NCBI GenBank assembly: GCA_965203175.1
Contig: OZ241867.1
Coordinates: forward strand, 4,224,001-4,288,000
Origin: Candidatus Latescibacterota bacterium
Lineage (GTDB): Bacteria; Latescibacterota; UBA2968; UBA8231
Direction: 5' to 3'
Length of the DNA stretch: 64,000 nt
The notes under the pieces are model-generated. The model was not told the DNA's origin, did no database searches, and saw only the letters and a program-made list of their open reading frames with translations. Shown here one piece after another: positions 10,901 to 19,807 of this stretch; position 1 is the first letter of the stretch, and each line of letters begins with the position of its first letter. A program made the translations under genes and the position numbers.

Positions 10901-11423
10901 TGATCGGGGTTTGTCGCACGGCTTGCAGTTCACGCGGGCCGTAGTGCGGGGTCTGTACAAGCTGATGGCGTACAAGGACGAATACGAGGTCGCGCGGTTG
11001 GCGACGCGCAATGGCAGCGAAGAGCGGATGCGCGCCCTGTTCGACGGGGAGGTGAAAATCGTCCGGCAACTGCATCCGCCCACGATGCGGCGCTTGCTCA
11101 AGGGCAAGATCGGCTTCGGCAAGGGCATGCGTCCGGCGCTGGTGCTGCTGAGCCGGCTGAAGGGGTTGCGCGGAACCTCCTTCGACCTCTTCGGACACAC
11201 GGCGGCGCGGCGCTTGGAGCGCGCCTTGGTGGGTTGGTACTGCGGGTTGATCGAAGAGGTCTTGCCGGTGCTGGAGGAAGAAAATTATGAGCTAGCCGTG
11301 GAAATCGCCGAGTTGCCGGACAGCATCCGCGGGTACGAGCAGGTAAAAGAGGCGTCGGCTATCCAAGCCAAGCAGCGGGCGGAGCGCTTGTTGACAGAGT
11401 TGCACGCCCAGCGCGATTCTTAG
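7998..11423 (+). CDS. Fused indolepyruvate:ferredoxin oxidoreductase family protein
   Basis: GYEGSPLGG, CGGCP, GDGSYFHSG TPP motif, CEGCGDC ferredoxin motif, GLAQKGG, AYKDEYEVAR; start moved to ATG 7998. Confidence 0.92.
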   Translation: MKLDIQDKFLQRDGQVFLTGMEAIVRLVREKQERDRATGHVNQTYFTGYEGSPLGGLDLKIVAQLEMLNELGHTVHQFGINEKTAASAVLGSQFAASGDIDAFWYGKAHGTMWIPDEVWLANLSGTGARGAMVLLSGEDHRSKSSVSPGASDWVLRSSMVPIFYPASIEDVIRLGLHAVALSRHAGVVTALKLATPVCDGASTVDLASVRPDIALPERAFAKRFNQIVMATGALPMQQQLVEEKWPLVEAYVRANDLNRIVDADAGGGVGIVAAGKSYADVRQALDYLGLRVPVLFLAVSYPLDYEIVRNFARGLRHIYVVEEPGPFVEEGVKAALWGMDVEAVYGQWDEDGQPLIPAHGEVDPEELARKLGPRLGASPERLAELQRVLDRTYPTVPRVTPMSCGGCPYNSFRDLHEKPGGAIGCSSIRAIEAYDSGVLYIPTMGAGGSIYSGWAPFNGNQHIYQYLGDGSYFHSGRGAIQSCVQGEVNITFLLLFNGAVALTGGQTPGGQRPVSDVVQELLGLGVVKVGIVSEDPARYRHLDGERIAVFGLERHAEALEQFKEIAGTTVLILDKECATEKGRRRRRQGLTPDEYVLIDEDICEGCGDCYAQSEGCAALYSVATEFGDKTQVRQAQCAQDGLCIDGECPSFAVVKPAKGTRLRRRRPEPLDELPEPPECPLDRPYAIFAMGRGGTGVVTISHLIAYAAMMEGKYVYLSNNTGLAQKGGPVEAPIVISAAEQPVFNRLFPGEVDLYLGFDLLRAAEPDNLKYAAPQHTRAFVSTAEIANAEMNRNPRTQPFPDAAQLRALIDRCTGKDNIYLDTYWLAERLFSDTIFANMLLLGAAYQAGVLPLQAASIEQAIVLNAQAVENNVQAFRWGRLAVADPARVERALGTQQVSAEQTLAEVKERLAHDAAARALFDEGLAALADLNAEGQKELGVRLAELCAYQDVAYARRYLGFVRQVWEADRGLSHGLQFTRAVVRGLYKLMAYKDEYEVARLATRNGSEERMRALFDGEVKIVRQLHPPTMRRLLKGKIGFGKGMRPALVLLSRLKGLRGTSFDLFGHTAARRLERALVGWYCGLIEEVLPVLEEENYELAVEIAELPDSIRGYEQVKEASAIQAKQRAERLLTELHAQRDS

Positions 11424-11444
11424 AATTAGGAGAAGAGGTACTCT

Positions 11445-11738
11445 ATGCCTACGACCCTGAAACCGGAAATGGAGGCCCAAATCGAGGCATTGGCGGAACG
11501 GCTGGCTCTTACGGACCCCGATGCTCACGAACGGGTGCTGAAAATGGCTCTTGATGAATTGGACGCAAAAGTTCCTCCACTGAGGCGCAAGATGACGCCG
11601 GAGGAAATCGCCGAGGAGAAGGCGCATTGGCTGGAGGTCGGTCGCCAGTTACGTGCAAAATATCCTTACGATGACGACCATCCGCCGTCCAAAGTCTGGC
11701 AAGAGGAGCTATACAACGATCAGGGTCTGCCAAAATGA
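11445..11738 (+). CDS. VapB-like antitoxin
   Basis: Small ORF overlapping a PIN toxin; C-terminal LYNDQGLPK typical of this antitoxin type. Confidence 0.75.
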   Translation: MPTTLKPEMEAQIEALAERLALTDPDAHERVLKMALDELDAKVPPLRRKMTPEEIAEEKAHWLEVGRQLRAKYPYDDDHPPSKVWQEELYNDQGLPK

Positions 11739-12124
11739 TGGTAGCCGACACTTCCGCGCTAATGGCCGTACTGATGAACGAACAGGAGCATCAGGAATTT
11801 CTCGATGCGATGCTAAACGATGGGGAGGTGCTGGTATCTACGGCCACTGCCGTTGAACTTATGATCGTCGCAATAGGGAAAGGCGATGCCTTCTACCAAT
11901 CCGCCGTTCAATTTCTAAGGCGGCCTTTTATCCGCCTGACGCCGCTGGACGAGATTCAACTATGGGCTGCCGTTAGAGCCTATCAGGGTTTCGGCAAACG
12001 CCGCCACCCGGCTAGTCTGAATTTCGGCGATACCTTTTCGTACGCTTTGGCTACGACGCACCAGCTACCTCTGCTGTTCAAAGGTGACGATTTCGTGCAG
12101 ACAGGTATTCGGTCGGCGGTGTAG
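11735..12124 (+). CDS. vapC: VapC family PIN-domain toxin
   Basis: VADTSAL, HPASLNFGDTFSYALA, LLFKGDDF motifs. Confidence 0.92.
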   Translation: MMVADTSALMAVLMNEQEHQEFLDAMLNDGEVLVSTATAVELMIVAIGKGDAFYQSAVQFLRRPFIRLTPLDEIQLWAAVRAYQGFGKRRHPASLNFGDTFSYALATTHQLPLLFKGDDFVQTGIRSAV

Positions 12125-12133
12125 CTTAGGTTT

Positions 12134-12970
12134 TTAGCAAGTGACCAAAACCGGTTGGCGCGTCCTCAGCGCCCGCCGCAGGCCGCTGAGCAAGGCTTGG
12201 CCGCTGTCGCCTGAGTCCTCGCTTGGCGGATTCTCTTTTTCCAAAAAATCGCGCAACCACGCCAGTTCAGCAGGGGGAGTTGCCGCGTCGGGTACGACGT
12301 GGGTTCCCTTGGCGCTAGCTAGGGCAATCCCGTTGTGTGCGGCACTGGCCGATATTACGCCGCCTCGGCCTAGCAAAGTCAGCTCGGCGATCACTGGTTG
12401 AGGAGCGACGACTAGCTGGATCGACGCGCTACTGGGAGCCGTGGCGGTCAGCGCTACTTGGTAGGCGCGGCCGTGGCGGTTGGCGCAAAGATGTACCTGG
12501 GATGGGGTCTCGCCTAATAGGTCACTGGCAAAGGATAGTTGGCGACAGATGGCCCACCACGCTGGCAGCAATCCCGGCTCTTGAGCACCGGCCACGAGGC
12601 GCAAATAGACCGGCTCGTCAAACGAAGAATTGCGCCGCTGCTGGAGCGCCTTGGCAAACAAGGGAGACCCGCGATGGACTCCGCCACTGGCGATGGGCTG
12701 GTCGGCCTTGGGCACTGGTCCGGCGCAGAGGACATCCACACCGGATTGGAGGCAGGTGTGGACGTCGTTGTGGAGGTCTGAATATGGCGAGAGGAAGGCG
12801 CAGACGCGGGGGCTGGTTGCCTGGAGCATGGTCGGCAAGTCGCTGAAAAAAGGCAGGTCGGTGTTAGGGTTCCGACGCGCTGGATAGTACAGGCCCTTGA
12901 TCGGCAGGGCATCGGCGAGCTGGCCGACGAGTGGGTTGAGGGCGGGATGGGCGCTGAGGGTGATCGTCAT
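12134..12970 (-). CDS. Hypothetical protein, divergent Gfo/Idh/MocA-like
   Basis: Translationally coupled to the upstream oxidoreductase; CLQSGVDVLCAGP resembles the GKHVLCEKP motif. Confidence 0.5.
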   Translation of the reverse strand: MTITLSAHPALNPLVGQLADALPIKGLYYPARRNPNTDLPFFSDLPTMLQATSPRVCAFLSPYSDLHNDVHTCLQSGVDVLCAGPVPKADQPIASGGVHRGSPLFAKALQQRRNSSFDEPVYLRLVAGAQEPGLLPAWWAICRQLSFASDLLGETPSQVHLCANRHGRAYQVALTATAPSSASIQLVVAPQPVIAELTLLGRGGVISASAAHNGIALASAKGTHVVPDAATPPAELAWLRDFLEKENPPSEDSGDSGQALLSGLRRALRTRQPVLVTC

Positions 12971-14103
12971 AGGTTTTTCTCCAGCGGCAGATCAACGGCC
13001 GCGTTGCACTCGACGGCGCGGTAGCCAGCGAGGATAATTTCCATTAAATCCCGCGCTTGGCGCACGCCATAGCGGGGCGGTCGGTCGTCGTCAATAGCGG
13101 CAACCAAATCGTCGAGCCCGGCTGCCAGACCCGCTGTGTCCTCGGATAGGGCGGCAGTTGGGACGGGTGGTCCTCCGTGCCACTGCATGGGATCCTGGGG
13201 GTTGGGCTGATAGTCGTATCCGGTGCTATAGTCGCGCAGATAGGCGTCTAGCGCGGGTCTTTTGGCGTCGATGGTAGCGCTCTGGCGGGTGCCGATTAGG
13301 TACGCTCGCGACGGCCCGCCTTGAGGGTGGGAGGCCGTGCCGATGCGCCCGCCGCACAAGGTGGCTACGCGGCCTTCGGCGTCGGTCATGGTTAGCGTGC
13401 CAAAATCGTCGCAGCCGTGGGCACCGTGTTCGGGGAAGAAGAAAGCCCCTGCGTGACCGACGACGTGGCGGATGGGGCCGAGGCATTCTTGGATTAGGCC
13501 GACGGCGTATGCGCCCACTGTCAACAACTCTCTTTTGATATCGGGGTATTTCCACCGGCCGTTGGGTGCGACAAAGGCGCGGCGTTGGGTTATCGGGCGC
13601 GGCCAGCCCTTGCCGAACATCACATCGACGTGGACGCCGAGCAGAGTGCCCAAATCGCCGCTGGCGAGGACTTGGCGGGTGTGTTGGGCGAGGGTGCCGT
13701 AGGCGTAGCCGGGGATGATCGCCCGGACGCCGGTGCGCTCGACCGCGACTGCGGACGCCTCGGACTCGGCGAGGGTGGCCCCGGGAAACTTGTCGATCCA
13801 CAGGTGCTTGCCAGCTTCGGCGGCGCGGACGATGAGCGCGGATCGCCGTTCGATCTCGCAGCCGACGCTGACGATATCGATGGCTGGATCGTCGATGGAC
13901 TCGTCGAGGTCCTCTGAGTAGGGCACGCCGAGTTGGCCAGCCCAGTGCTGATTGTAGGCGCGCAAGTCCGGATCGATGTCGGGGTAGTCGGCGACGCCGA
14001 TGATGCGCAGGCGGGGATGGGCCTGATACAGGGGGATGAAGTGCTGCTGGTGGCTGTGTTTGCTGAAGCTGACCAGCAGAATGCCGTAGGTTTCATTGGG
14101 CAT
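12967..14103 (-). CDS. Gfo/Idh/MocA family oxidoreductase
   Basis: AAEAGKHLWIDK motif, Rossmann-like N-terminus. Confidence 0.8.
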   Translation of the reverse strand: MPNETYGILLVSFSKHSHQQHFIPLYQAHPRLRIIGVADYPDIDPDLRAYNQHWAGQLGVPYSEDLDESIDDPAIDIVSVGCEIERRSALIVRAAEAGKHLWIDKFPGATLAESEASAVAVERTGVRAIIPGYAYGTLAQHTRQVLASGDLGTLLGVHVDVMFGKGWPRPITQRRAFVAPNGRWKYPDIKRELLTVGAYAVGLIQECLGPIRHVVGHAGAFFFPEHGAHGCDDFGTLTMTDAEGRVATLCGGRIGTASHPQGGPSRAYLIGTRQSATIDAKRPALDAYLRDYSTGYDYQPNPQDPMQWHGGPPVPTAALSEDTAGLAAGLDDLVAAIDDDRPPRYGVRQARDLMEIILAGYRAVECNAAVDLPLEKNL

Positions 14104-14277
14104 AGGATGGTTCCTCGTTGGCTATAGAGACGCACCGGTAGCTTATCCGGTACGCGAGATAGTATAACGGCCCTGAGAATGATCGCCAAGACGACGGGCG
14201 GTAAACGGGCCTGCGTAGCTTGACAGCAGCCGGGCGCTAGGACTATCCTAGCAGTTCCACACAAGGAGGAAATAATA

Positions 14278-15288
14278 ATGGTCAATATCGGCATTGTCGG
14301 CATCGGTTTTATGGGCATGACCCACTACAAGGCTATGGCCCAAGTCAACGGGGGCCAAGTTGCGGCTATCGTCTCCCGCGACCCCAAAAAGCGCGCGGGG
14401 GATTGGCGCGACATTCAGGGCAATTTCGGCGACAGCGGCGGGGAGCAGGACTTGTCGGGAATACGCTGCTATGAAACGTTGGACGAGTTGCTCGCCGATG
14501 GGGAGATCGACTTGGTGGATATATGCCTGCCGACGAACATGCACGTCGAGACTAGCATCCGCGCTTTATCTGCGGGCAAGCACGTGCTATTGGAAAAGCC
14601 CATTGCCTTGGCCTTGGACGACGCTGATCGGATCGTGGCGGCGGCCGAGGAACACCAGCGGCAGTTTATGGTTGCCCATGTGCTGCGGTATTTCCCCGAG
14701 TTCCGGCTGATCAAACAGCTCGTCGACGATGCGGAACACGGCCCCGTGCTCGCCGCTCACTTCAAGCGGATTATCTCGCGCCCGGCGTGGTGGGCACCAG
14801 AAGACTTAGAGCGCACTGGCGGCCCAGCAATCGACCTGCACATCCACGACGCGGACTTCGTGCAGTTTTTGTTTGGGATGCCCACTGAGGTTAGCGCGCA
14901 AGGATACATTGGCCGGGGCGAGACGGTCGAGTACATCAACGTCCACTACCAGTACGACGGCCCAATGGCCATCAGCGCCGAAGGTGGCTGGTTGGCGCAA
15001 CAGGGCTGTCCTTTTGAGCACGGTTATGACGTGTACTTTGAGGAGGCCACGCTCAAGTTCAACTCGTCTTGGGGCGAGCCGCCGCAACTGTTGACCAAGG
15101 ACGGCGAGGTCAGTACGCCATCACTGTCGGGTGAGGACGGCTTTGTCGGCGAGTTGCAGGAAGCAGTGGATGCGATCGCGCAGGGCAAGGCGTCGCAGGA
15201 GATAGGCGGTCAGAGCGCGCGGAACTCGCTGCTGTTGTGTTTGAAGGGAATTGAGTCGGTGCAGACGGGGGAGAAGGTGGCGATATAG
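14278..15288 (+). CDS. Gfo/Idh/MocA family oxidoreductase
   Basis: IGIVGIGFMG, AGKHVLLEKP, DLHIHDAD motifs. Confidence 0.92.
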   Translation: MVNIGIVGIGFMGMTHYKAMAQVNGGQVAAIVSRDPKKRAGDWRDIQGNFGDSGGEQDLSGIRCYETLDELLADGEIDLVDICLPTNMHVETSIRALSAGKHVLLEKPIALALDDADRIVAAAEEHQRQFMVAHVLRYFPEFRLIKQLVDDAEHGPVLAAHFKRIISRPAWWAPEDLERTGGPAIDLHIHDADFVQFLFGMPTEVSAQGYIGRGETVEYINVHYQYDGPMAISAEGGWLAQQGCPFEHGYDVYFEEATLKFNSSWGEPPQLLTKDGEVSTPSLSGEDGFVGELQEAVDAIAQGKASQEIGGQSARNSLLLCLKGIESVQTGEKVAI

Positions 15289-16155
15289 CTAATGCCCTTC
15301 GTGCGTGTCTATCCCATGGAGGGCGCTGGATTCAACGTAATACAGTATGTAGGCGAGGCCGATCCCTACGAGGAGGGACACGATGAGCTTGCCGCGATCG
15401 TGGCTGTGGAAATGGATCTCCGGTAGCAAGTCGCTCAAGGCAATGCACAGGAACGCGCCCGCCGCAAAAGCCAGCACATAGCCAACTGTTGCCCCTCCTT
15501 CTAGGTCAAGCAATTCCACACCTTCAAAGCTCGCTATAGCCACCACAGGGCACAGGATGGCAAAGCCGACATTGGCCAATGTCCGGGCGCGCTGGCTGTG
15601 ACCGGCGGACTTCATCATGCCGATAATGGAGTACGCATCGAGCGGCTTGTGCAGTAGAATGGCGAGGAACACCCCCAGGCCCGCCAATGCAACTCCGTCT
15701 TCATGCGACGGCCCTATCTTCATGATGGTACCCAGCGCGATTCCTTCGGTCACGGTGTGCACCCCTAGGCCTATGGCAACGCCGAACAAACTCCGCGAAT
15801 GGACGACACTGTGGCCGTGATCATGGTCATCGTCATCGTACAGATCGCTCGCCTCACTGCTGAAATCGTGCTGATGAAAGTGAAAGATGCGCAACAAGAA
15901 AATCATCAGGACCATGCCGAGCACCATCCATCCCACGGCTCTTTCTACAATGCCTGTCCCGGAGATGCGCTCGAGACTGTGGGGTAGCAGGTGAAACATG
16001 GCGACGCCGAGGATGAAGCCGGCCACAAGACTCATCACGATCTGAGTGCGCGTGTGCGTCATAGTACCCAAAGCCGCCAGCTTCCCGCCGAGAAAAGAAG
16101 CGGCAAAGATAGCGGCTGAGTAGGCCAACAAAACCAGTAGAGCGGTTGCATCCAT
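15289..16155 (-). CDS. ZIP family divalent metal transporter
   Basis: Eight TM segments, His-rich loop, HTVTEG and HKPLD metal-site motifs, DLLPE. Confidence 0.9.
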   Translation of the reverse strand: MDATALLVLLAYSAAIFAASFLGGKLAALGTMTHTRTQIVMSLVAGFILGVAMFHLLPHSLERISGTGIVERAVGWMVLGMVLMIFLLRIFHFHQHDFSSEASDLYDDDDHDHGHSVVHSRSLFGVAIGLGVHTVTEGIALGTIMKIGPSHEDGVALAGLGVFLAILLHKPLDAYSIIGMMKSAGHSQRARTLANVGFAILCPVVAIASFEGVELLDLEGGATVGYVLAFAAGAFLCIALSDLLPEIHFHSHDRGKLIVSLLVGIGLAYILYYVESSALHGIDTHEGH

Positions 16156-16281
16156 GATGACTATAATCGGAAGCTAGCTGGGTTGCCGGAGAGCGCTGTT
16201 TTCCGCAACGTCATTGCCTTTTCCTTAGCACTGTCGGGTTGTGCATTGGGAAGAGGATGCCCAGCAAGCAACGACTGCGAA

Positions 16282-17535
16282 TCAGGTGCTTTCACACCTA
16301 TCGCCCGTACTGGACCGGAAGCGAAGATTGAGCAGCATATCCTCGTAACCACGGCGCAGGGCACCGGCGCGAAAGCGCCAGACGATCAGGGCGATGAGGA
16401 GCAAAGCGCTGCCCCATTGCAGGAACTGAATGGCCGGCGCATGGGAGGCGCCGAGGTTGACGGAAATCGCCAGACCAGCCGCGAGAAGCAGCGCGTCGAT
16501 GGCAATGCCGAGGACGACCGTAACCGCAATAACAGCGGCGACGTAGATGGATGCGAAGCGGGAGCCAAACTGGCTGACGATGATCGCGATGGTCCCCGTG
16601 TTGGTGGCCGGTCCAGTCATCAGAAAAATCAGCGCCGCGCCGGGACTGACCCCCTTGGCAACTAGCGCGGCGGCGATTGGAGTACTGGCGGAGGCGCAGA
16701 TATAAAGAGGGATGCCGATCAGCACCATGACCGGATAGGACAGCCAGCGGGCATACTCGTGCGCCATCAGATCGCTCGGAATCGCCAGAAAGAGCACACC
16801 GCCCAGCACGACCCCCACCAACAGCGCAAAGAGAATGTCGTCGGCGATCTCAATGAAGCCATAGCGCAAGATGTGCCTGACCAGCTTTTTGAAGTCGAGA
16901 CCTTGATTGTCGGTGGGGACTTCTGCCGCAGAAGAATTACCGGTGGATTGTCGGCCAGCGATTCCCTTCAACCAATTGACTAGTAAAATCTTCAGTTGCG
17001 AGGGACTGACGTAGCAATCATCCCTACCAGCTATGAGGGATTGGTGATTATCGTGCTCACAGTCATGGCAGTGAGCCGGGCCGCTCGCCTCGGCTTCATC
17101 TCGGTCGTCTCTTATCAGTCCGATGCAAAAGATACCGGCGACGACTGCGGTGATGAAGCTGATGACGGGCCGAACAATGGCAACGATGGGTCCGAAAAAG
17201 GCGTTGGTTACTAGGATCGAGTCTGCGCCTGTCTCCGGCGCGGTGATCAAGAAAGACATGCAGGACGAACGGGACGCCCCCTTGTTACGCATCTCGGCAA
17301 CCACAGGGACGACCGAACAACTGCACAGCGGCACGGGTACGCCGATGGCCGAACTCATGGTCACGGATTTTAGACTATCGTCGCGGAGCCAGCGGAGAAT
17401 GGCCTGACGGGAGATGAATACATGGATCAGGCCGGAAAGAAACAGCCCTAGCAACAGCATGGGCGCTAGCAACAAGAAGGAGGACCAGAGGAAGGCAAAA
17501 AAACTGGCCGATATCCCAAAAAATTCAAAGGTCAT
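16282..17535 (-). CDS. SO_0444/ArsP-like (DUF318) metal permease, copy 1
   Basis: PLCSCSVVP and PLYICASASTP motifs, His/Cys-rich loop; ATG 17535. Confidence 0.85.
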   Translation of the reverse strand: MTFEFFGISASFFAFLWSSFLLLAPMLLLGLFLSGLIHVFISRQAILRWLRDDSLKSVTMSSAIGVPVPLCSCSVVPVVAEMRNKGASRSSCMSFLITAPETGADSILVTNAFFGPIVAIVRPVISFITAVVAGIFCIGLIRDDRDEAEASGPAHCHDCEHDNHQSLIAGRDDCYVSPSQLKILLVNWLKGIAGRQSTGNSSAAEVPTDNQGLDFKKLVRHILRYGFIEIADDILFALLVGVVLGGVLFLAIPSDLMAHEYARWLSYPVMVLIGIPLYICASASTPIAAALVAKGVSPGAALIFLMTGPATNTGTIAIIVSQFGSRFASIYVAAVIAVTVVLGIAIDALLLAAGLAISVNLGASHAPAIQFLQWGSALLLIALIVWRFRAGALRRGYEDMLLNLRFRSSTGDRCEST

Positions 17536-17604
17536 TGTGATAAGAAGTAGACATTGACTAGAAAGGGCAAGCCTCCGATCAGAGTAGCTTCTGGGGGTTT
17601 GAAG

Positions 17605-17633
17605 TTGCGTTTTTTCTGCCGGACTACTAAAAT
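17605..17633 (+). promoter_or_regulatory. Sigma70-type promoter of leader ORF copy 1
   Basis: TTGCGT-N17-TAAAAT, 8 nt before ATG 17642 (near-leaderless); conserved in copy 2. Confidence 0.6.
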
Positions 17634-17641
17634 CAGAGGTC

Positions 17642-17956
17642 ATGCTAACGCGCAAAGCGGACCTCTCGACGTGCTCGGCATCCTCGCTGGCCCTGCTGGT
17701 GCTGACCGTGCTCTTTGCGGCTGTAAGCTGCGGCCTACCCTTCAGCCACCAGCTTTTCCACGAGAGCCACGTCGAGCCTGGGAACTGCCCGGCTTACCTG
17801 TTACAGAGCGGTCTATCGCTCCTTTTTGGGGGCTTGGCGCTCGTGCTCATAGCGCTGAGTGTCTCTGAGCCAAGTCCGTCCGCTCCGCGCACAATACCGT
17901 TACCCCTTTTTACCCCTCGCTTTACTCATCTCAACCGAGGCCCGCCCCGGTGCTAG
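17642..17956 (+). CDS. DUF2946/CruR-like leader protein with C-terminal RGPP, copy 1 (CPAY variant)
   Basis: N-terminal hydrophobic helix, HQLFHESH, CPAY, second hydrophobic stretch, Pro-rich tail, HLNRGPPRC end. Confidence 0.7.
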   Translation: MLTRKADLSTCSASSLALLVLTVLFAAVSCGLPFSHQLFHESHVEPGNCPAYLLQSGLSLLFGGLALVLIALSVSEPSPSAPRTIPLPLFTPRFTHLNRGPPRC

Positions 17957-18091
17957 TGCATCCACGCTGGTAAACCGCCTCAGTGCGTGGGTGTCTCTCT
18001 CCAGATTCAATTCGCGTACCATTAACCTCCCGTCTTGTGCGCAAGCCTAGGAAAGCGTGCATGGACGACCAAACCATTGGAGACTAGCACC

Positions 18092-18598
18092 ATGTTTAAA
18101 AGAAGTATGTCTGCGTTGAGCATTTTCGCCTTGGCTCTCTTTGTTGCGAGCTGCGGCGACGACGACAATCCCGTCGATCCTGACCTCCATGATGAACACG
18201 CTGAGGCCATCGGCCTGATTATACGCGATAGCGGCGCTGAAATCGTCCGCGTTGAAAGCGGTCAGGTGACCGGCGAGATTGAAGTCGGTCACGGCAAGGA
18301 AACCGCTCTGCTTTCCGTGCGCTTTATCGCCGAAGACGGCGATCTCTTCACCCCAGACGAAGACGAGGATTTTTCTCTCGGTTGGGAAATTGCCGACGAG
18401 AGCATCGCCGAAGTAGAGCATCATGCCGAGGACGGCGCTTGGGCTTTTCACATCCTCGGCTTAGAGGAAGGCGAGACTACTATCCGCATCAAAATCAACC
18501 ACGAAGGCCACGCCGATTTCGTCTCGCCGGAGATTGAAATCCACGTCAGCGAGGACGGACCCGGCGAGGAACATGATGATCACGATGACGAAGGGTAA
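18092..18598 (+). CDS. His/acid-rich lipoprotein, copy 1
   Basis: Lipobox LFVASC, DLHDEHAE and EEHDDHDDEG ends, beta-rich body. Confidence 0.8.
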   Translation: MFKRSMSALSIFALALFVASCGDDDNPVDPDLHDEHAEAIGLIIRDSGAEIVRVESGQVTGEIEVGHGKETALLSVRFIAEDGDLFTPDEDEDFSLGWEIADESIAEVEHHAEDGAWAFHILGLEEGETTIRIKINHEGHADFVSPEIEIHVSEDGPGEEHDDHDDEG

Positions 18599-18626
18599 AG
18601 CGGTTAGACCTGCATAGGTAGAGGTG

Positions 18627-18659
18627 ACGCGGGACCGGACGCAAGCACCGGTCCCGCGT
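18627..18659 (+). terminator. GC-rich hairpin after lipoprotein copy 1
   Basis: ACGCGGGACCGG...CCGGTCCCGCGT, no U-tract; repeated at about 19760-19789. Confidence 0.45.
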
Positions 18660-18705
18660 ACTTATGTCAAGCTTAATTGGATAGCCGACAGACAAAAGGT
18701 TGAAG

Positions 18706-18734
18706 TTGCGTTTTTTTGCCAGATCACTTAAAAT
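18706..18734 (+). promoter_or_regulatory. Sigma70-type promoter of leader ORF copy 2
   Basis: TTGCGT-N17-TAAAAT, 8 nt before ATG 18743. Confidence 0.6.
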
Positions 18735-18742
18735 CAAAAGTT

Positions 18743-19075
18743 ATGCTAAGGCGCAAAGCGGACATCTCGATAGGCTCGGCGTCCGCGCTGGCCCTGCTGG
18801 CGCTGACCGTGCTCTTTGCGGCTGTAAGCTGCGGCCTACCCTTCGGCCACCAGCTTTGCCACGAGAGCCACGAGAGCCACGAGAGCCACGTCGAGCCTGA
18901 GAACTGTCCGGCTTGCCTGTTGCAGAGCAGCCTATCGCTCCTTTTTGGGGGCTTGGCGCTCGCGGTCGTGGCGCTGAATGCCTTAGAGCCAAATCCGTCC
19001 GCTCTGCGCACAGTACCTTTACCTCTTTTTTCTCCTCGCTTTACCCACCTCAACCGAGGCCCGCCCCGGTGCTAG
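18743..19075 (+). CDS. DUF2946/CruR-like leader protein with CxxC and RGPP, copy 2
   Basis: HQLCHESHESHESH, CPAC, C-terminal HLNRGPPRC. Confidence 0.75.
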   Translation: MLRRKADISIGSASALALLALTVLFAAVSCGLPFGHQLCHESHESHESHVEPENCPACLLQSSLSLLFGGLALAVVALNALEPNPSALRTVPLPLFSPRFTHLNRGPPRC

Positions 19076-19212
19076 TGCATCCACGCTGGTAAATCACCTC
19101 AGTGCGTGGGTGTCTCTCTCCAGATCCAATTCGCGTACCATTAAATTCCCGTTCTGCGCGCAACGTCTAGGGAAAGTGCGCGTGGACGGTCAAACCATTG
19201 GAGACTAGCACC

Positions 19213-19719
19213 ATGTTTAAAAGAAGTATGTCTGCGTTGAGCATTTTCGCCTTGGCTCTGTTTATGGCTAGCTGCGGCGACGACGACAATCCCGTCGATC
19301 CTGACCTCCATGATGAACATGCCGAGGCTATCGGCCTAGTTATACGCGATAGCGGCACTGAAATCGTCCGCGTTGAAAGCGGTCAGGTGACCGGCGAGAT
19401 TGAAGTCGGTCACGGCAAGGAAACCGCCCTGCTTTCCGTGCGCTTTATCGCCGAAGACGGCGATCTCTTCACCCCAGACGAAGACGAGGATTTTTCTCTC
19501 GGTTGGGAAATTGCCGACGAGAGCATCGCCGAAGTAGAGCATCATGCCGAGGACGGCGCTTGGGCTTTTCACATCCTCGGCTTAGAGGAAGGCGAGACTA
19601 CTATCCGCATCAAAATCAACCACGAAGGCCACGCCGATTTCGTCTCGCCGGAGATTGAAATCCACGTCAGTGAGGACGGACCCGGTGAGGAACACGATGA
19701 TCACGATGACGAAGGGTAA
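19213..19719 (+). CDS. His/acid-rich lipoprotein, copy 2
   Basis: Lipobox LFMASC; nearly identical to copy 1. Confidence 0.8.
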   Translation: MFKRSMSALSIFALALFMASCGDDDNPVDPDLHDEHAEAIGLVIRDSGTEIVRVESGQVTGEIEVGHGKETALLSVRFIAEDGDLFTPDEDEDFSLGWEIADESIAEVEHHAEDGAWAFHILGLEEGETTIRIKINHEGHADFVSPEIEIHVSEDGPGEEHDDHDDEG

Positions 19720-19807
19720 AGTGGTTAGATCTGCTGCGGCCTTCATAGGTAAAAGCGACGCGGGACCGGACGCAAACTCCGGTCCCGTGCACTTATGTCA
19801 AGGCCAA

